Shown: piece by piece, positions 58,187 to 64,000 of the stretch | Layout: every line of letters starts with the position of its first letter | Position numbering within the stretch: the first letter of the stretch is position 1 | NCBI GenBank assembly: GCA_964247055.1 | Contig: OZ176055.1 | Location: 6,634,001 to 6,698,000, forward strand | Origin: Paragordius varius | Taxonomy: Eukaryota > Animalia > Nematomorpha | Length of the DNA stretch: 64,000 nt | Direction of reading: 5' to 3' | Notes under the pieces: model-generated | What the model saw: the letters and a program-made list of their open reading frames with translations, nothing else | Database searches by the model: none | Told to the model about the DNA's origin: nothing | Program-made: the position numbers and the translations under genes

Positions 58187-61100
58187 TTAATAATTTATCG
58201 TATTTTTCTTGGCATATCCCAAAAGCTGTAATTTATCTCGTATGGCATTATAAACCTTGGGATCATCTATGGTTACAGGGATCTACGATATAAAAAGAAT
58301 TTATTACAAGTTCTGTGGAAAAAACCTTTGCACCATAAATATTATTATTATACGGACAAAACTTTAAAATATAAAGACAAATATTTATCTTCAAAACACG
58401 CTGTACTTCTTTAACTTAAATAACTCATTGTTTTAATTTTAAATTATGAAATAGAAATGTATTTTGGTAACACAATCAATATTATACAATTGTAATAAAA
58501 TAATTTTATAGGAAAAATTTAGGTTTAAAAAATTGAAGAAAAAAATAGTGTTTATATTTTTACATTTTTTCCGTATAATATCCAATTTTTACTGTATAGG
58601 TATTATTGGTTTGGCCCAGTTATTGGGATTAATTATATATTATATATATATATATATATTATGCAAAAAAAAGTGTTTACATCAAAGGGTTTATCCATAG
58701 CCAACGCTGCCATCGTATGCCTTGAAGTTTTTCCCGAACGCGTTTTAGCTAACTTAGGAACGATACAGACCAGCTTTAACGAAACGACCGGTCCCATCAC
58801 ATCTCTCACAATACGAATCGTGTCATCGGATATTTGTTTGTCTGATTTGGTGACACCTATTATAATTAGGAGTTAAAATTACCATTAAAAGATATTGTAC
58901 AATTTATTGTTGTCATATATAAGCCTTAAACATTTTTCTTTACAAGACATTTCTTGATGATAAACTAAATTATAATGATATTAGATAGTTAGAAAATTTT
59001 AGTTGGTACCATGTTTGGGCACACAAATAGCTAATGGTAGTTGACCTTTAAGTGAATCCGGGATGGGTACAACAGCGCATTCTGCTAAATCCTTATTTTC
59101 AAGAATGGCCTGCGTTATGTAAAAAATATATTAAATATTTCTAGTTGTGGAAGTAAGTAAGTGTTGGTAATAATAAATAATTTACCAATCAAATTCAAAA
59201 TTTGACATATAAAAAATATCGTTTCTTTCTTTTATAGAAAACTACATAGTTTAAAAACTATAAAAACCTCTTCGATCGCCCCCGTTGAAAGTCGATGTCC
59301 GGCCACATTTATAACGTCATCGAATCGGGACATTACTGAAATCATTTGGGCAGAATCCATGGAACCGGCATCATACGTATCATAATATCCCTAATAAAAA
59401 ATAAATACTAAAAACTGAAATTATACGCTAATAAAAATATAGACAAATTTTTTTTAAATTAATTGATTATAAGTTATCAATAGTATGGTTGTCTTTGTAA
59501 AAAAACTATGCAATTAAATAATTATTTATTAATTTTATAAAATTAACTAGCGTAAATCTCGTGCTGCTACCCAGCCAGAGGAAGTCCTTCGGACTTGGGG
59601 GGGGATTTCGAAGTTTGTATGAATGGGTCTACCGGCTTTCCGGTAGCAGATCCCAAAATTACATGAGGAATCAGTTTTTAGCGGGTAGCTCCTTACCCAG
59701 CAGCTATCATCAAAGCAACGCCTGACTAAATTTTTTGCCTTTTAACAGGCAATACGAAAAATCCTGATTTTTTACAGTCTCATACCTTGGGCAAAAAATA
59801 CAATCAAAAAATTATTTTTGTGGACTTTGTTTTTTTTTTAAAAAAATGGCATTTTACGGGGGTAGCGGTAAAAAGAGGGCATAAATCCTAAAAGTGACTC
59901 GACTATGTTCGGCGCAATCGAAAATAAGTAAACAAAAATCATATTTGAAATAGAATGGTCCAACACGTTCTCCAGAAAATTGTCTCAAAGACACGATTTT
60001 TGTGGACTTCTGTTTAAAAAAACCGTTTTACACACGGGGTGGGCCCGAACTGGGGGCCTATTTCAAAAAAGGGCGAAGCTATTGTCGGGGCATTCATTAA
60101 TGATTATATTTTTTTGAAGTTTGGATTTGAATGGGTCTACCTTTTTTTGTTGTACCAGATCACAAAGCCAGCATTTACCATTTTTATAAATATATAGATT
60201 ACAAATACCATAGATATGATAAAATTAAAAAAATGGAAATAAATAAAATTAATGTATCTTTACGGGATAGTTTGAGAAATACAAATCTTGGTATCGGTCA
60301 TCAGCTCTCCAGAGAGTACTCATGAACCCGGGAGGTAAGGGTTGCTTTATTAGTATTCGTCCCAAATTTTCATCAAACTCATCAGTTTTTTCAGGGCTAG
60401 TACTGGTATTTACAACATTTTCGGTGTGATTTTTGTGTTTATTATTTTGTGAAGTCAAAGTAGTTTCCAACTCAGACGCAGTTTTCGACAAGGGAGGTGT
60501 ATTTGTGATTTGAACATTCCATCCTGGCACAGCTTTTCCCGTACTCCCTCGAGGTATGATGATTTCACCGGTTTCGGGATTCCTTACTTGTGGATCTTGC
60601 AAACCCATACAACACGATGTTACTGGCCAGCCAAGTTCTATATATATAATGATGTTAAATTATTATCAGCTATTGATTAAATTTTAGTGGAATACTATTA
60701 ACGAAGAGTTTCACATAATATTATTTCACAGAGATTATCAATCGAATTAATAGATTTCGTTTTGATAGAAACTAACTTAAAACTAAATGTTTAGAGTATT
60801 ATATCAAAATCATAAAAAATATAAATTTGAGAAAAAATAATTACCAGTTTGCCACCAATGATCGACAACAGGCACACCGAATTTGTCTCGTGTCCATTCA
60901 AGCGTTTCATAATCACAATGCTCCCCAGCTAAAAAGATACCTTTTAATCTGCATATTTATTATAAAATTAAAAAATAGTTTTAAAGTAAACCTAGTAAAA
61001 ACTCAAACAAACTAAACATAACGAAAATCATATCTATAGCATGTTATATTTATTCATTAATAAAATTCTAAGACAATTTTAATTAAGGCTTGCAGAATTA

Positions 61101-63472
61101 TATTTTATCAAATAAAATACGTACTTTGATAATTTGTATTTTTTGCCATGTACTGCATCAGGATCCTATAATTTTAAATTAGATCTCGTATTAATTAAAA
61201 TACGATTCTTGATTATACTTATGCATATAAAATAAATTTTTTTAAAAAAAATCAAATCAACCTCTCTCCGTATAGCACGTAGCGCAGTCGGAGCAGTAAA
61301 CATATTTTCAACACCATGCTGAGCACATATGCGAAAATAGGCTCCTGCATCCGGGGTACTTATTGGTTTACCCTATTGTTATATAAAAATAATGTCAATA
61401 GAACATTATAAAATAAATACTGCGGAATTAAATATACTAAACAAATTACTTCATATATAAGGGTTGTGTTTCGATTCAACAATGGTCCATAACAAGCATA
61501 AGAATGGCCTACGACCCATCCTAAATCTGAGGCTGACCAGTACACTGAACCGGGACGGCTGTTATAAATGTGTTCCATGGACCATTTCAAGCCCACGGCA
61601 TAACCCGCACTAGGGCGTACGATTCCCTGAATACACATAATAGTCTTGAGAAAAAAAATAAAAACTAAATTTCTTTTTAGATTGGTGGAATTAACGAAAT
61701 GCAGTGGCGATTTGGACAACAAGAAATGAAAAGGATAAATGGTTTTAATGTTGACAAAAAAGGTAAATAAAAAGAAGAATTGACCCACCAAAATATATAC
61801 TGGTTTATTTAGATAATTTTATCAAGATAAGAGCATAAATTTAAATTAGAATTCAAGGTTTTCGAAGTTTTTATATTTACTAAAGTTAGTCCGTAAATTT
61901 TTCGCGGACCGCTGGCGTACTGTTTGGACACCTGTGATATGATACTCAAACTTATTATGTAAAAATAAAAAAATTGGAGGATAGGGGCATCGATCCCCTT
62001 ACCTCTCGCATGCTAAGCGAGCGCTCTACCATATGAGCTAATCCCCCGATACACAAATGAGTAAAGATACCTGCATATAAATTCTAAATTAATATTGCAA
62101 ACGATGTGGAGGTCGTAGCAAAATATTTTCCAATTTTCGTTTATGGTCACGAGATTCTGTGGATAAAAATTTTAATTGAATAAAAAATTTTCGATTTTAA
62201 CTCATTTTACGACTATCTTACCATCGATTCTTGTCGTGATTCAAGCGAATAATAAAAATAATTCCCAAACGGCTAGCTGTGATAAGAGGCAATTTAAAAA
62301 TACCATGCTCAAAAAATTTAAGTTTAGGCCAACAAATATTTATATTAAAATAAAAATATACCAGGTTTATTCATATAGTTGGAAACTTTATTATAATCGC
62401 TACCTAGCTACGGATTTTAACCAAACTGGTTAAAACTATATTTAAAAAATTATTTAAACGACAACACTCCACACGAGACCACGTTGTCTCTAAAAACCAT
62501 ATAAATTGACCCAGGTGTGAAAAATAAATAAATAAAAGTTTTTGTGGACCGTGGTGAGCGGAGTTTAGTCTAATACATTAAATTAAAAATAAATTTGACC
62601 GTTTTATTATTTAAAAAAATTCATATAAAAATTTGGAAAAAAATATATTAATAATGTTAACATAGGGGTATCCAAAAAAGGGTGTCTTTGGCATGCCCTC
62701 TACGGAGGTAGGGAAAATGATAAAAACATACTTAATATAAAATTTATTGATTATAATCATTACCGAAACAAGTTTAAAAGGTTAATATATTTTTTGCTGA
62801 TTTTGTGCTTAATATAGTTCAAAATTACTTTTGGGTCACCCGTCGTTCCTGAAGTGTACAATATATACAATGGGTGTTCGCCAGGTAATGGAATGCAATC
62901 AATAGGTGGATGGCCAGAAACTTCGGTGGCCCAATCGGCATCAAATTTATTGTTGAATACATTTTTTTCTATTCCTTCAACCTGATGTTTATCCTAAAAA
63001 ATAATTATGAACCTATGTAAAATTACATGTAATAATATGATAAAGGGTCCCAACTGTTTATAAAAAACATACTTTAGGGGGATCTTTCCGTTGAAATATG
63101 AGACATTTAATGGGTGGCTGTTGGGAAAGTTTGATGGCTTGATCCATGATTGGTTTATAGGGGACAATGTGGGATGGTTCTATACCATACGTGGCGGTAA
63201 GTATAACTTTGGGCTAATTTCACAAATTTATATTGGGATGAGACATATTTTTTTAAATAATTATATATGGTTAAAATAAATACATTGGCATGCTTTATAC
63301 GGACTGAAAGTTCTTTAGCACCGAAACCGCCAAAAACTAGCGAGTGTATTGCACCGATCCTAGCACTAGCTAACATACCAATCACGGCCTGAGGAATCAT
63401 GGGCATGTATATGAGTATGCGATCGCCCGGTTCCACCCCACAACGTTTGAGGTAACCGGCAAGAGCACTTAC
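58187..63472 (-). CDS. ACSS3: Acyl-CoA synthetase short-chain family member 3 (propionyl-CoA synthetase), 5' part outside the window
   Basis: [33 protein letters not shown]-binding [78 protein letters not shown]; exons splice in phase. Confidence 0.92.
61961..61973 (-). terminator. Pol III terminator (T7-A-T5) after tRNA-Ala
   Basis: T-run begins 1 nt after the discriminator base on the minus strand. Confidence 0.85.
61975..62047 (-). tRNA. tRNA-Ala-AGC: tRNA-Ala (anticodon AGC), 73 nt, in an ACSS3 intron
   Basis: GGGGGATTAGCTCATATGGTAGAGCGCTCGCTTAGCATGCGAGAGGTAAGGGGATCGATGCCCCTATCCTCCA: 7-bp acceptor stem with the G3:U70 alanine identity pair, anticodon stem CTCGC/GCGAG around TTAGCAT. Confidence 0.97.
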
Positions 63473-64000
63473 CTTTAAACACATATTGATTTATATAATA
63501 CTCCCAGAGACTAAAATAGTACCGCCAAGACTTCAAATTAAAAATATATGTTTGTATCCTTGTTTTAAGTTTGAGTGTATAAATTTAATTAGTCCATAAA
63601 AATATGTTGTTTTACAAATGTTTTGAAAAAAAAAGGATTTGATTGTAAATAACAAATAATATCAGTCATTCGAACCGGGACCATTATTTGGTTTTGGGAA
63701 TTTTTCTAAACCTTTTGGTTTCTAAAAGTTAAAAAAAATTATTATCAATTAGCCTCGCTTTTTAGCATTTTTTTATTTTTTACATTAAAAAAAATATATT
63801 CCTTAGATGTTAAAATAATATTGGGTTTTTAATGATTCTTGTGCTTATCATTAGGCAATTTGTAGATTTAAAAAAATATAAACCAAATTAAAACGATTTG
63901 ACCAAAAAAGAGGCTAGACAGAAACCATTTTTCCTTAAAAAACCATAAGACTATTTTGTCTGAAACAGTTTTTTAGAAATATATGTTGGATCAGAACCGA

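Overview
Very AT-rich eukaryotic (metazoan-like) genomic DNA containing intron-split housekeeping genes, which I reassembled by hand from GT-AG junctions and reading phase. In order: a small Cys-rich three-finger/activin-receptor-ectodomain-like gene (-), CUL1 (-), HSPBP1 (-) head-to-head with NACA (+), MTERF3 (-) head-to-head with PP4R3/SMEK (+), RPF1 (-) head-to-head with COQ5 (+), an orphan 485-aa ORF (+), and ACSS3 (-, 5' end outside the window) with an intronic tRNA-Ala(AGC). Introns and intergenic gaps are filled with decayed or non-autonomous DNA transposons (hAT with 8-bp TSD, Mos1-like mariner, MITEs, foldbacks) and an RTE LINE fragment. The most unusual features are (i) three divergent gene pairs with only 26, 54 and 63 bp between start codons, two sharing a position-conserved GGTATAACTA motif; (ii) 23-36-nt micro-introns found only near gene 5' ends while downstream introns are TE-inflated up to about 3.7 kb; (iii) very large Asn/Ser/Thr-rich insertions in CUL1 and PP4R3; and (iv) an RPF1 intron made almost entirely of inverted repeats. 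Micro-introns of this size resemble those of reduced parasitic animals such as dicyemids, but the taxon cannot be determined from the sequence. All homology calls come from recalled family motifs; no searches were run.
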